This document shows positions 47,650-56,672 of a stretch of 64,000 nucleotides of DNA, one piece after another. The notes under the pieces were generated by a model. That model was not told the DNA's origin. It made no database searches and saw only the letters and a list, made by a program, of their open reading frames with translations. Position numbers and translations under genes: made by a program. Positions within the stretch are counted from its first letter, which is position 1. Each line of letters begins with the position of its first letter. This DNA is from an uncultured Gammaproteobacteria bacterium (GTDB taxonomy: Bacteria > Patescibacteriota > Microgenomatia > UBA12405): contig CAZIZX010000002.1 of the NCBI GenBank assembly GCA_964544275.1, positions 2,056 through 66,055 on the forward strand. The letters run 5' to 3'.

Positions 47650-49137
47650 TTATCTATAGTTAACAAAAAGGCGGTTGTAGATACGAGAAGGGGTATATTG
47701 AGTGTAATTTTGACCAAGCAGTTCGGTGGAGGAGAGACGATTTAGATTGTAGAGAGTGTAGTTGGCGTGCTGGAAGATAATATTTTCTGAAGACGGGCAG
47801 GGGGTTTCATCCGGATTTTGAAAACAGGTGCCGATGTTCATACCACTATCACTGATTCGATTTTGGCGGTATAAAAGGTAAAAAATAGGCAGGTTTAACT
47901 GATCGTCGGGTGAGTGGCGGGTGAAAAAATTATATGAACCAGGATTTAATTGGTCCAGAGAGTTCATAAAGGCGAAAATAATTGGGGCCTGAGATTTTTG
48001 GTTAATTGTTTTTATATTGGAGTAAGTTGAAGTCAAAAAAATAACGACAGTAACAAGGACGAAGAGTTGCTTTTTAGTTTGGAAAAGGAGCCAGAGAGAA
48101 AAGGCGGTAAGAAAAAGAAAATATGGGTGGAAGGCAATGAGATACTCGGAGGACCGGACCCCTTTGTAATAACGAAGGAGAAGTACCTGAACAAAGAGAG
48201 ACAAGATGATGGCGAATAAGCTGAAGGGGAGTTTTTTGATTTTTTTGAAAAAAAGAAGTGAGAGTAGGAATATTAAAATTAATAAGTAACCCAAAACAGG
48301 AAGGCCGGTAATAATTTCACCCCAGAGTTGAGGCCAAAAATCACGAATGTCAGTGAGCCAGCGGACAGGATAATAAAATTTATTCTGACCTTGGGTGTAG
48401 TAGTTGTAGACGCTGGTTGACCAGACAAAATTGTTTTTTAGGTCAAAAATGATTAGGGGAATAAAAGAAGTAAGTAAGCCTGAGAGCATAGTTAGGGCAG
48501 AATATATTCGTTTTTTGAGGCTTAATTGATTGACTAAGACGGCAGATAATAACAGGGACAGTAGTCCCAGAGACTGGAAGTGGCAATTGATAGAAAAACC
48601 GACAAAAAAAGCAAGAAAAAAGGCGGAAGAGTAATTAAACGACTTAAGGTATTTGATCAAAAATAGAAAAGTGGTGGAGGCCAAGAAGGCGACAATGACA
48701 GTGTTGAGCATGTCGGTGGAGAAAAAAATGGGGGAAGAGGCGATGGCGGGGATCAGGGCAAAGATTAGGCCGGTTGACCGTTGGCCCAGGGTGGTACCGA
48801 TGAGATAAAAAATAATGATGGTGGCGGCTGAAAGCAGAGTGAAAGCCACCCAGGGACCGGAAACGAAAGGAAAGAAAAGGGTGGAGGTAATGACTAAATA
48901 ATTATAAAGAGGGCCGAAGTTGAAAGGACCGGCAGAAGAAGGAGAGCCAAGAAGGGGAATTTGATGGTTTCGGATGGCGTAAAGAGCGTTGGAAACATCC
49001 CGGGCCTGGTCCTGATTTAAGACCCAACGGTGGGGATAGTCATAAAAACGAAAAAACAGGCCAACAAGTAAAATCAGGAGAAGGAGGCGGTGTTGCTTTA
49101 GAAAAACAAGCAATGGGTGCATAAGTGATAATAGCAT
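47650..49137 (-). CDS. GT-C fold glycosyltransferase, family 39/ArnT/PMT-like, polytopic membrane protein
   Basis: 495 aa. About 11 TM helices. The first extracytoplasmic loop, FFRFYDYPHRWVLNQDQARD, is the D-E/D-x-D-type catalytic loop of ArnT/PMT-like enzymes. Large C-terminal soluble domain. A possible alternative start is the 2nd Met (TATTAT, 5 nt, ATG). Confidence 0.8.
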   Translation of the reverse strand: MLLSLMHPLLVFLKQHRLLLLILLVGLFFRFYDYPHRWVLNQDQARDVSNALYAIRNHQIPLLGSPSSAGPFNFGPLYNYLVITSTLFFPFVSGPWVAFTLLSAATIIIFYLIGTTLGQRSTGLIFALIPAIASSPIFFSTDMLNTVIVAFLASTTFLFLIKYLKSFNYSSAFFLAFFVGFSINCHFQSLGLLSLLLSAVLVNQLSLKKRIYSALTMLSGLLTSFIPLIIFDLKNNFVWSTSVYNYYTQGQNKFYYPVRWLTDIRDFWPQLWGEIITGLPVLGYLLILIFLLSLLFFKKIKKLPFSLFAIILSLFVQVLLLRYYKGVRSSEYLIAFHPYFLFLTAFSLWLLFQTKKQLFVLVTVVIFLTSTYSNIKTINQKSQAPIIFAFMNSLDQLNPGSYNFFTRHSPDDQLNLPIFYLLYRQNRISDSGMNIGTCFQNPDETPCPSSENIIFQHANYTLYNLNRLSSTELLGQNYTQYTPSRIYNRLFVNYR

Positions 49138-49165
49138 TTAGGATGAGAGGTTTTTGGGGTAAAAT

Positions 49166-50194
49166 ATGGGAGTGACGAAGAAAGCCGTGTTGGGATTGGG
49201 GATTTTGTTGGCTGTAGTTTTTTTGGGTTTTGTTTATTGGAAGTGGGGGATGAGATTGGTGGAACCGAGAGGGGTGGAGACTAAAATTTTGGAGGCTGAT
49301 TGGGAAAAGTATGATTTTGACAGTTTGAGAAAAAGAGGTGGAGTGGCAAGTTTGATTGAACTTTCGGGTGAGCCTGAAGGAGTGGTGGTCAGAAGGAAAG
49401 AAACGGCGGCGGAATTGGGCATTGATAGTAAAGTTTTTTATTTTTATTCCGAGGGCAAGAAGATTTCGGGGATGGTGAATATACCGGAACTTGATGAAAG
49501 CCGGAAAAGAGGGGCAATAATTATGATCCGGGGTTATGCGGACAAACAAGGTTACTATGTTGGATCGGGGAGTTGGCGGGTGGCAGATGAGTTGGCAAAA
49601 ATGGGATTTATGACGTTTTCGATAGATTTTTTGGGCTTTGGGGAATCGGAAGGGGAAAGTCTGGACATGATGGAGGCGAGGTTTGAAAAAGTGCCGGCAG
49701 TTCTGGACTTAATCGAATCGGTAAAAGCGGTGGGGATGGTGGATGAAAGTAAGATTGGAATATGGGCTCACAGTAATGGGGGCCAGATAGCTTTGTCGGT
49801 TTTGGAAATTACGGGGGGTGATTATCCGACCAGTTTGTGGGCGCCGATGACTAATCCATTCCCTAAGAGTGTATTAGAGACAGCTTCAGGTTTGAGTGAC
49901 GGCGGAAAAGCGGTAGTTAGTGCTATAAAAGAATTTGAGAGGAGCCACGACAGTCGAAGATATGCGTTTGAGAATTATTATGATTGGATAAAGGCGCCAG
50001 TGGTGATCCATCAGGGAACCGGAGATGAGTGGTGTGAGGTGGTTTGGCAGGAAGAGGTGGTTTTGGGTTTGAAAAGAGCGGGCAAAGAGGCTGTTTTGTA
50101 CGAGTATCCCGGGGATGATCACAATTTATCCGGAAGTTGGGAAGAGGTGGTGGAGAGGGATGGATTATTTTTTAAAAATTATCTGATAGATTGA
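49166..50194 (+). CDS. Membrane-anchored alpha/beta hydrolase (dienelactone hydrolase / S9-like)
   Basis: 342 aa. N-terminal TM. Nucleophile elbow ..IGIWAHSNGGQIAL.. Downstream D and H (..GTGDEWC.., ..PGDDHNL..). TAAAAT directly precedes the ATG. The GTG at 49172 would give the 6-nt spacing seen elsewhere. Confidence 0.75.
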   Translation: MGVTKKAVLGLGILLAVVFLGFVYWKWGMRLVEPRGVETKILEADWEKYDFDSLRKRGGVASLIELSGEPEGVVVRRKETAAELGIDSKVFYFYSEGKKISGMVNIPELDESRKRGAIIMIRGYADKQGYYVGSGSWRVADELAKMGFMTFSIDFLGFGESEGESLDMMEARFEKVPAVLDLIESVKAVGMVDESKIGIWAHSNGGQIALSVLEITGGDYPTSLWAPMTNPFPKSVLETASGLSDGGKAVVSAIKEFERSHDSRRYAFENYYDWIKAPVVIHQGTGDEWCEVVWQEEVVLGLKRAGKEAVLYEYPGDDHNLSGSWEEVVERDGLFFKNYLID

Positions 50195-50329
50195 ACGGCT
50201 GGTTTGAGGACACATGCGTATTGGATGTTGCTGGAACAAAGGAGCGAGTAAAGTTTTATTTAGGCTAAAATGCCTGAATAATGATATACTTCCAGTTGTT
50301 TTAATTAAGAATTTATTTAAAATAAGTTT

Positions 50330-51151
50330 ATGGAAAAAGAAGATCTTTGTCGGGCGCTAAGGGGCAGGGAAAAACATGGCTTTCGAATTGACAATTCGGA
50401 ATATTGGAGAAATTATTATGAGAAGAAGTTTAAAAATCTTGATTTGGTGAGAGAAAAAAAATACGCGAAGTTTCTGAAGGAGACATATCCGGGTTACAAA
50501 AAGTATCTGGACGTGGCTTCGGGCTATGGATTTTTACCTTTGGAATTGACTAGACTGGGAATAAAGGTGGTTTGCGTGGATAAGTTTAAAACCATGAGGG
50601 AGGCAGCAAAAAATTATTTTAAGAGTAACGGTTATGAGATTGAAATAGTGGGATCAGATATCACAAAAATGCCTTTTGAAAAGAATGAATACGAGGTGGT
50701 AACGGCAATTTCTATATTGGAGCATTTTCCGATGGTAGAGATAAAAAAAGATGTTTTTGGAGAGATAAACAGAGTTTTGAAAAAAGGTGGAATATTGGTG
50801 GCGCATGTGCCGATAAAGAGTGTGGTAACGAGAATCAAAAGATGGTACAGAACTAAAATAAAGAAGGATTTGCCTGAGTGGGCGGTGGACGATGACGGGG
50901 ATGTAACTCACAAAATTTGGTTCACGGCAGATTCCTGTCTGGCTTTACTGAAAGAGATGGGCTACAGGGTGGACTATGTAATGTTTAACTTTAAGAGAAG
51001 TAACGAAGAGTTGGCTTCAATTAAATTTCTTGACGGATTATTATCGCCGGGGTTGGGGAAATTTTATAGAATGAATGACGTGTTGACCTGGAGGCAGAAA
51101 CTTATCTCTGTTTTTGCCTCTTCTGTGGTATTTGTTTGCAGAAAAAAATAA
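50330..51151 (+). CDS. Class I SAM-dependent methyltransferase
   Basis: 273 aa. Motif I ..YLDVASGYGFLPLELTRLGIKVVCVD... Motif II/post-I ..GSDITKMPFEKNEYEVV... TAAAAT lies 6 nt before the ATG. Confidence 0.8.
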   Translation: MEKEDLCRALRGREKHGFRIDNSEYWRNYYEKKFKNLDLVREKKYAKFLKETYPGYKKYLDVASGYGFLPLELTRLGIKVVCVDKFKTMREAAKNYFKSNGYEIEIVGSDITKMPFEKNEYEVVTAISILEHFPMVEIKKDVFGEINRVLKKGGILVAHVPIKSVVTRIKRWYRTKIKKDLPEWAVDDDGDVTHKIWFTADSCLALLKEMGYRVDYVMFNFKRSNEELASIKFLDGLLSPGLGKFYRMNDVLTWRQKLISVFASSVVFVCRKK

Positions 51152-51174
51152 GTAAATGTAGTATAATTTAGGCC

Positions 51175-51750
51175 ATGAAAGTATTTTTTGTAGCTTCCCC
51201 CAGATCGGTCAACAGGGAGCCGGAAAATTTCAGGAACCTTTTTGGGCATATTGAAAAGGATAATAAGATGCTATCTGATTGGGTTCTGGATTGGGGTAAG
51301 GGCAATGTAGAAAGTTTCTATAGCGGGACACATAAAGAAAGAATCGAACATTTCAAAGAGACAATGGACTATATCAAAAGAGCGGAATTAGTAATAGTGG
51401 AGGTGTCGGAACATAGTATGTCGATGGGATATATAGTCAATAAAGCTTTGGAAATTGGTAAGCCGGTAATTGCTCTTTTTAAGGAAGGATTTGAACCATA
51501 TTTTTTTAGCGGAATTGAAGATACAAAGCTGCAGATAGTCGGTTATGATGAAAATAACTACAGACAGGTGTTGGATGAATCTGTTGAGAGAGCCAGAAGT
51601 AATATTGATGTCAGGTTTAACTTTTTTGTGTCACCTAAAATTTTGAATTATCTCGATTGGGTAGCGAAGAAGAGAATGATTCCCAGGTCGGTATTTTTGA
51701 GAAATCTGATTGAGAGGGAAATGAAGAAAGATAAAGAGTTTGCGAATTAG
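51175..51750 (+). CDS. Fusion protein: nucleoside 2-deoxyribosyltransferase-like domain + C-terminal ribbon-helix-helix (CopG-like) domain
   Basis: 191 aa. The N-terminal part (MKVFFVASPRS ... VIVEVSEHSMSMGYIVNKALEIGKPVIALF) fits the Nuc_deoxyrib_tr-like pattern (..E..G.A.A.GKPVi..). The C-terminal part (VRFNFFVSPKILNYLDWVAKKRMIPRSVFLRNLIEREM) fits RHH/CopG. TATAAT lies 7 nt before the ATG. Confidence 0.55.
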   Translation: MKVFFVASPRSVNREPENFRNLFGHIEKDNKMLSDWVLDWGKGNVESFYSGTHKERIEHFKETMDYIKRAELVIVEVSEHSMSMGYIVNKALEIGKPVIALFKEGFEPYFFSGIEDTKLQIVGYDENNYRQVLDESVERARSNIDVRFNFFVSPKILNYLDWVAKKRMIPRSVFLRNLIEREMKKDKEFAN

Positions 51751-52973
51751 GATTTGGTTGAGCTTTGACGGAAGATGTTTTTGGTTTTTAGCCAGTGATT
51801 TGTTTGGCGGCAAAGGAGTTTTTTGTCGGATGGGTTTTGGAGCAGGGACTTTACCAGTTCTTCCAAAAAGATTGTATTTTGGGAACCTTTGACCAGAATG
51901 GTTGAGTTTTGGGGTAAGTTTTCTTGAAGATATTCGGCTGCCTGCCACCAATAGGTAAATTTTTTGGATTTGGGCCCGAAATATTTCCTAGTTTCCGGTC
52001 CGACACTGATTATCTTATCAGCGGTTGCAACCGCTTTTTTATATAAAGCCTGGTGTTCCTGTTTTGACATTTGGCCAAGTTCTCTCATATCGCCCAAAAC
52101 GGCAATTCGAGATGATGAAGGGAAGGTTTTGAGGAAATTAAGCATTTCTTGGGCGGCTAGCGGGGAAGAATTATAACTACTGTCGATAATGGTGGAGTTG
52201 CCAATACCCTTGATGATGGAAGAGCGGCTGGGAGGTAGTTTAAAGTGGTTAACAATATTGATAATGGCGGTTTCCGATTTGAGACCGAGGGTCTGGGCGA
52301 CAGCGATAGCGGCGCCGAAAGAAACATCATAAATTGGAGGAATAACAAAGCCGGGGAAATTTATTTGAGTGGGGATAATGGGTATGGTCCTAGCTGAAGT
52401 GTTTTGGCCATACTTTTTGACCAGAGGGTCGTTTAGGTTGAGAATGGCAAAGCCGGTTGGTGGTAGAGACTCGATCATTTTGGCTTTTTCCCGGGCGATG
52501 TGATCGATATTATCAAAATACTGGACATGAACAGTACTGACATTGAGAAAAACACCAATGTCGGGACGAAGGATTTTGAGAAGGTAAGACATATTTTTGG
52601 GTTCGTTGGGGCTGTCGATACCCATTTCTACCAGGTACAACTCATAGGTGTGCCAGTTGGTGAGTATTTTTATCGGAGCCTGAAGGGCAACATTTAGCCA
52701 ATCGGTGAGAGTAAATGCTTTGATCTTTAGACCCAGGATGTCTAAAGGGATGCCTGATTCGGAATTGGCACCGGAGTTGGTTTTGAGCTTGAAATGAGGA
52801 GAAAGAGCTGCCTCCAGAGCGGAAAGAGTGGAGCTTTTGCCGGCAGAACCAGTGACGCCGATAACTTTTATAGGTTTTTGGCGAGCTAATTGTATTATTT
52901 TGATTTTGTAAAGCTGGATTTTGGCTAATAGCCGGAGGTAGACCAAAAAAAAATAGGAAATTTTTTGTTTCAC
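51747..52973 (-). CDS. Mur ligase family protein (MurF-like UDP-MurNAc-peptide ligase, short N-terminus)
   Basis: 408 aa. P-loop ..VIGVTGSAGKSST.., central Mur-ligase domain, C-terminal domain ..SRIAVLGDMRELG.. GTG start. Confidence 0.8.
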   Translation of the reverse strand: MKQKISYFFLVYLRLLAKIQLYKIKIIQLARQKPIKVIGVTGSAGKSSTLSALEAALSPHFKLKTNSGANSESGIPLDILGLKIKAFTLTDWLNVALQAPIKILTNWHTYELYLVEMGIDSPNEPKNMSYLLKILRPDIGVFLNVSTVHVQYFDNIDHIAREKAKMIESLPPTGFAILNLNDPLVKKYGQNTSARTIPIIPTQINFPGFVIPPIYDVSFGAAIAVAQTLGLKSETAIINIVNHFKLPPSRSSIIKGIGNSTIIDSSYNSSPLAAQEMLNFLKTFPSSSRIAVLGDMRELGQMSKQEHQALYKKAVATADKIISVGPETRKYFGPKSKKFTYWWQAAEYLQENLPQNSTILVKGSQNTIFLEELVKSLLQNPSDKKLLCRQTNHWLKTKNIFRQSSTKS

Positions 52974-53003
52974 TTTATTGTTATTTTAACTTATAATTCG
53001 GGA

Positions 53004-53927
53004 ATGAGGAGAAGAGTGTTGGTGCTGATGGGAGGAAATGGTCCGGAGAGAGAGGTTTCTTTGAATAGTGGAAAGGAAGTGGTCAAAAATTTTGACAGAG
53101 AGAAGTTTGAGGTGTTTCAGTTCGATTTGAATAATAATCTCCCTGATTTAATAAAGTTTATTCAAGATAATAAGATTGAGGTGGTGTTTGTGGCTTTGCA
53201 TGGGAAAGGGGGTGAAGATGGACAAATTCAAGGGGTTTTAGATTTGTGTAATGTTGTTTATACCGGGTCGGGTGTGCTGGCTTGTGCGATTGGAATGGAT
53301 AAAGCGATGTTTAAGAGAGTGATCGAGTTTGAGGGAATAAGAGTGCCGAAGTGGTTTGAGGTTGTTGAGAATATGAGTGAATTTGACTTAAATAAAGTTA
53401 AAAAATTGGGAACTAAATGGGTAGTTAAGCCGTGTGATCTGGGTTCGAGTATTGGAGTAAGAATAGTGGCGAAAGAAGGGGATTTAATAAAGACGATCAG
53501 TTCGGTGCTGGAGTTGAGCAGGAAGGCAATTGTGGAGGAATATGTTGAGGGAGTGGAAGTGTCTTGTGGTGTAATTGGCAATAAAAATCTGAGAGCTTTG
53601 CCATTAATTGAGATTGTGCCGGAAAATGATTTCTTTGATTATCAGGCAAAATATGAGGGAAAATCCAAAGAAATAGTACCGGCGAGGGTTGAAAGAGAAG
53701 TGGCCGAGGAAGTTTGGGAAATATCAAAGAAAATTCACAAGCTTGTCGGAGCTCGGGGTTTTTCCCGGGTAGATTTTATTATCAGAGATAATATTCCTTA
53801 TGTTTTGGAAATTAATATAATACCCGGTCTAACTTCAGAATCATTATTACCAAAAGAATCCAGGGCTGCCGGGATGACTTATGCTGAGTTGCTGGAAGAA
53901 ATTGTGGTGGTGGCAATTAACAAGTAA
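53004..53927 (+). CDS. ddl: D-alanine--D-alanine ligase
   Basis: MRRRVLVLMGGNGPEREVSLNSGKEV.., ..VALHGKGGEDGQIQGVLDL.., ATP-grasp C-terminal half. TATAAT (52992-52997) lies 6 nt before the ATG at 53004. The ORF-track start at 52965 adds 13 upstream residues. Confidence 0.9.
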   Translation: MRRRVLVLMGGNGPEREVSLNSGKEVVKNFDREKFEVFQFDLNNNLPDLIKFIQDNKIEVVFVALHGKGGEDGQIQGVLDLCNVVYTGSGVLACAIGMDKAMFKRVIEFEGIRVPKWFEVVENMSEFDLNKVKKLGTKWVVKPCDLGSSIGVRIVAKEGDLIKTISSVLELSRKAIVEEYVEGVEVSCGVIGNKNLRALPLIEIVPENDFFDYQAKYEGKSKEIVPARVEREVAEEVWEISKKIHKLVGARGFSRVDFIIRDNIPYVLEINIIPGLTSESLLPKESRAAGMTYAELLEEIVVVAINK

Positions 53928-54021
53928 TTCTTACTTAATTCTTGCTGGTTTCTTTTTGCTTTCCTAAGTAAATTTTTGAAGATATGGTTAAGTAATTAAA
54001 ATTTAAAGCAGGAGGAAAATT

Positions 54022-54582
54022 ATGGCTGGAATGATGGTAGGAATGTTTGATTCTTTTGATGATGCCGACAGGGCGTTGAGGGATCTGAGGGATGCCGGTT
54101 TTGAGGTGGAGGATATGGAGGTGGGTGGAGGACGAAGGCAGAGAGAAGTCAGAGAAGCCGGTAGAAGGGGAGGGATGACAACGGTGAGGCGAGATAGGAC
54201 CGGTAATATTGGAAATGGCGTGATTACTGGGGCGATAGTAGGAGGACTGGCGGGTTTGATTTATGGGATGGTGGCTTCATTGGTGCCGGGCTTGGGAAGT
54301 ATATTGTTTGTCGGTCCGATAGCTGGAGCGTTGGGCTTGACCGGAATCGGGGCGGTAACAGTGACTGGAATGGTGTTGGGGGCTGCGATTGGGGGCCTGG
54401 TTGGAACTTTGGAGAGAACCGGGGAGGTTTCGGAAGAAGTCGGAACATATTATAACGAAGAAGTAAGGGGCGAAGATGTACTGTTGATGGTGCCTGTGGC
54501 TGACGGCAGAAGTAGTGAAGTGGAAAGAATAATGAACAGGAATGGGGTGGGGCAAGTAAGAATGGTCGATGTTAATATTTAA
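54022..54582 (+). CDS. Glycine-zipper membrane protein (general-stress / YflT-DUF1269-like)
   Basis: 186 aa. N-terminal DADRALRDLRDAGFEVEDM, then a Gly-rich TM region (GAIVGGLAGLIYGMV..GPIAGALGLTGIGAV..GAAIGGLVG), then C-terminal ..EDVLLMVPVADGRSSEVERIMNRNG. AGGAGG SD. Confidence 0.55.
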   Translation: MAGMMVGMFDSFDDADRALRDLRDAGFEVEDMEVGGGRRQREVREAGRRGGMTTVRRDRTGNIGNGVITGAIVGGLAGLIYGMVASLVPGLGSILFVGPIAGALGLTGIGAVTVTGMVLGAAIGGLVGTLERTGEVSEEVGTYYNEEVRGEDVLLMVPVADGRSSEVERIMNRNGVGQVRMVDVNI

Positions 54583-54592
54583 AGCAGCGAAC

Positions 54593-55336
54593 CTAGAGAG
54601 CGACTTTGATGGCAGGACCCATAGTAGCTTTGAGAGCCAGTTTTTTGATTTTGGTCGATCCGATTACTTTGATTAGTTCTTCCACGTTGGCCTCGAGTTC
54701 TGTTGCCGGTTGAGCGACTTCACCGGTAACAATGTGAATAACGGGAGCTTTTTTTTCAGTTTTGAGAGAAGTTTTGGCAACAGAAAGCTTCTGGACGGCT
54801 GTTTTGGGATCGTCGGTTAAGGTGCCGCTTTTGGGATTGGGCATAAGACCTTTGGGGCCCAGTACACGGGCGAAGGGTAATAATTTAGGCATGGTGGCTG
54901 GAGTAGCGATTAAAACATCAAACTCGATACGACCATCTTTGATGGCGGCTAAAACCAAGTCATCGAGGACGGCAATTTTTTTGGTGGCTGTTTTCAGATG
55001 AGGGAAAGTGATATCGCCAATTGTTCCCATGCCGGAGACAGTAATGTGGGCCTCGATTTTGCCGCCAAATTTGGCGTAGGAAGTTTCCTTTACCAGGCTG
55101 ATAGCTTCGGAGAGAGGATAATACTTATTAATATCCACTTTGGCTTTGACTGTCTGGTACTTTTTACTTCTGACCTTGACGGTTTTAGTGGTGGTTTGGG
55201 TGGATTCAGGAGCTTCGACAGTTTGACTGGTTGAAGTTTCCTGAGTGTCGCGAACAGTGCCAGCTGACTGCTCTTCCACTAGTTTTTGCTCTTGACGAGC
55301 TTTTTTGGCTTTGTTTTCTTGAGTGGTTTTGCTCAT
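54593..55336 (-). CDS. rplA: 50S ribosomal protein L1 (with ~70-aa low-complexity N-terminal extension)
   Basis: ..KFGGKIEAHITVSGMG..DVLIATPATMPKLLPFARVLGPKGLMPNPKSGTLTDDP.. Lys/Gln/Thr-rich N-terminal extension. Confidence 0.9.
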   Translation of the reverse strand: MSKTTQENKAKKARQEQKLVEEQSAGTVRDTQETSTSQTVEAPESTQTTTKTVKVRSKKYQTVKAKVDINKYYPLSEAISLVKETSYAKFGGKIEAHITVSGMGTIGDITFPHLKTATKKIAVLDDLVLAAIKDGRIEFDVLIATPATMPKLLPFARVLGPKGLMPNPKSGTLTDDPKTAVQKLSVAKTSLKTEKKAPVIHIVTGEVAQPATELEANVEELIKVIGSTKIKKLALKATMGPAIKVAL

Positions 55337-55356
55337 ATTTTTTTAAATTGTTAAAT

Positions 55357-55782
55357 TTATTCAGTGATTTCGATGCCCATGGAACGGGCAGTGCCCATAA
55401 CGGTGTTTTTGGCCGCTTCTAGATCCTTGGTATTCATATCAATGATCTTGTCGCTGGCAATTTGCTCTACCTGGGCCATGGTTAGTTTGCCAACCTTTTC
55501 CCGACCTGCGGTTTGAGCGCCTTTGGAGAGACCGGCCATTTTTTTGATAGTGTCGGAAACGGGTGGTTTTTTGATGATGAAATCGAAAGAGCGGTCTTCG
55601 TAGATAGTAATGAGGGAGGGTATCAATGAACCTCGCATGTTTTTGGTTTTTTCATTGAACTCGTTGCAGAAGTCCATGATTTTGATACCGTGGGGCCCGA
55701 GAGCGGTGCCAACCGGAGGAGCCGGATTAGCACTACCAGCAGGAAGGGCAATTTTGACTATGGTTTTGATTTTTTTGGCCAT
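55357..55782 (-). CDS. rplK: 50S ribosomal protein L11
   Basis: MAKKIKTIVKIALPAGSANPAPPVGTALGPHGIKIMDFCNEFN.. (141 aa). The ORF-track entry 55357..56094 extends upstream in-frame, but that part overlaps nusG in another frame. The L11 start is 1 nt after the nusG stop. Confidence 0.9.
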   Translation of the reverse strand: MAKKIKTIVKIALPAGSANPAPPVGTALGPHGIKIMDFCNEFNEKTKNMRGSLIPSLITIYEDRSFDFIIKKPPVSDTIKKMAGLSKGAQTAGREKVGKLTMAQVEQIASDKIIDMNTKDLEAAKNTVMGTARSMGIEITE

Positions 55783-55783
55783 T

Positions 55784-56380
55784 TTATAATTCTTTGGTAA
55801 CTTGTAAAAAGTCGAGTTCAACTGGAGTTTCCCGCTCGAAGAAGGAAACCAGACAGCGAATTTTGCCTTTTTCCTGATCAATTGAGTCGATAGTACCAAT
55901 AAAGTCAGCAAAAGGACCATTGGTAATTTTGACGACATCGCCAATAGCGAAGGGGGTTTGATATTTGGGTTTTTCCTCTTCGACGGTCTTGATAATGGTG
56001 TCAACTTCTTTTTGGGAAATGGGGGAGGGTTGGTTGCCAATGCCGACAAAGCCGGTAACTCCCTGGGTGGTTCTGACGGTGATCCAAGAGTCATCGGTTA
56101 AGGCCATTTGAATCAAAACGTAACCGGGGAAAGTTTTTTCCTGGGTTTTGACCTTTTGGCCACGACGGATAACCATTTTGCTTTGGATAGGAACGATGGC
56201 CTGAAAAATTTTGTCTTCCAGGTTCATGGTTTTGATGCGGGTTTTGAGGGCGTCAATAACTTTGTATTCGTGACCGGAATAAGTGTTGATCACATACCAG
56301 GCGGCATCAAACTTCGGCTCTTTACTAGAGAGCTTGAATAAAAATTCCTTTTTTTTGGTTTTATTTGACGTATTGGGCAT
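55784..56380 (-). CDS. nusG: Transcription termination/antitermination factor NusG
   Basis: Start at MPNTSNK (complement of 56378-56380), 1 nt after the secE stop. NGN domain ..WYVINTYSGHEYKV.. KOW ..FAIGDVVKITNGPFADFIGTI.. Confidence 0.9.
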   Translation of the reverse strand: MPNTSNKTKKKEFLFKLSSKEPKFDAAWYVINTYSGHEYKVIDALKTRIKTMNLEDKIFQAIVPIQSKMVIRRGQKVKTQEKTFPGYVLIQMALTDDSWITVRTTQGVTGFVGIGNQPSPISQKEVDTIIKTVEEEKPKYQTPFAIGDVVKITNGPFADFIGTIDSIDQEKGKIRCLVSFFERETPVELDFLQVTKEL

Positions 56381-56381
56381 A

Positions 56382-56672
56382 TTAGTTGTTGATATCTGAT
56401 GATTGAGTTGATTCCGGAGAGCTGTTTTCCGGAGAATCCGGTTCAGATATAGTTTCGGGTTCGAGTTCTGTTGTCGGGGTGGTTTGATTGATGCCACCCA
56501 AAAGAGCAATTGAATTAGTAAATAAGTAATCGAAACCTCCTAAAATTAGGGAAGTTATGATCGAGATTGATATTACCACAACTGAAAGCTGAATTAAAGT
56601 ATCTTTTTTGGGCCAGGAGATGTTTTTGAATTCGGCCTTGACTTCGTTGTAAAAACGGATGAGTTTTTGCAT
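56382..56672 (-). CDS. secE: Preprotein translocase subunit SecE
   Basis: 96 aa. ..EVKAEFKNISWPKKDTLIQLSVVVISISIITSLILGGFDY.. is the SecE pattern (K-x-V-x-W-P + one TM). TATAAT lies 6 nt before the ATG. Confidence 0.75.
   Translation of the reverse strand: MQKLIRFYNEVKAEFKNISWPKKDTLIQLSVVVISISIITSLILGGFDYLFTNSIALLGGINQTTPTTELEPETISEPDSPENSSPESTQSSDINN

Noticed and set aside
55783-56094. Upstream extension of the L11 ORF (ORF track 55357..56094, 245 aa)
   Set aside because: Only the last 141 aa are L11. The upstream in-frame part overlaps nusG in a different frame and translates to a Pro/Leu-rich sequence with no sense.
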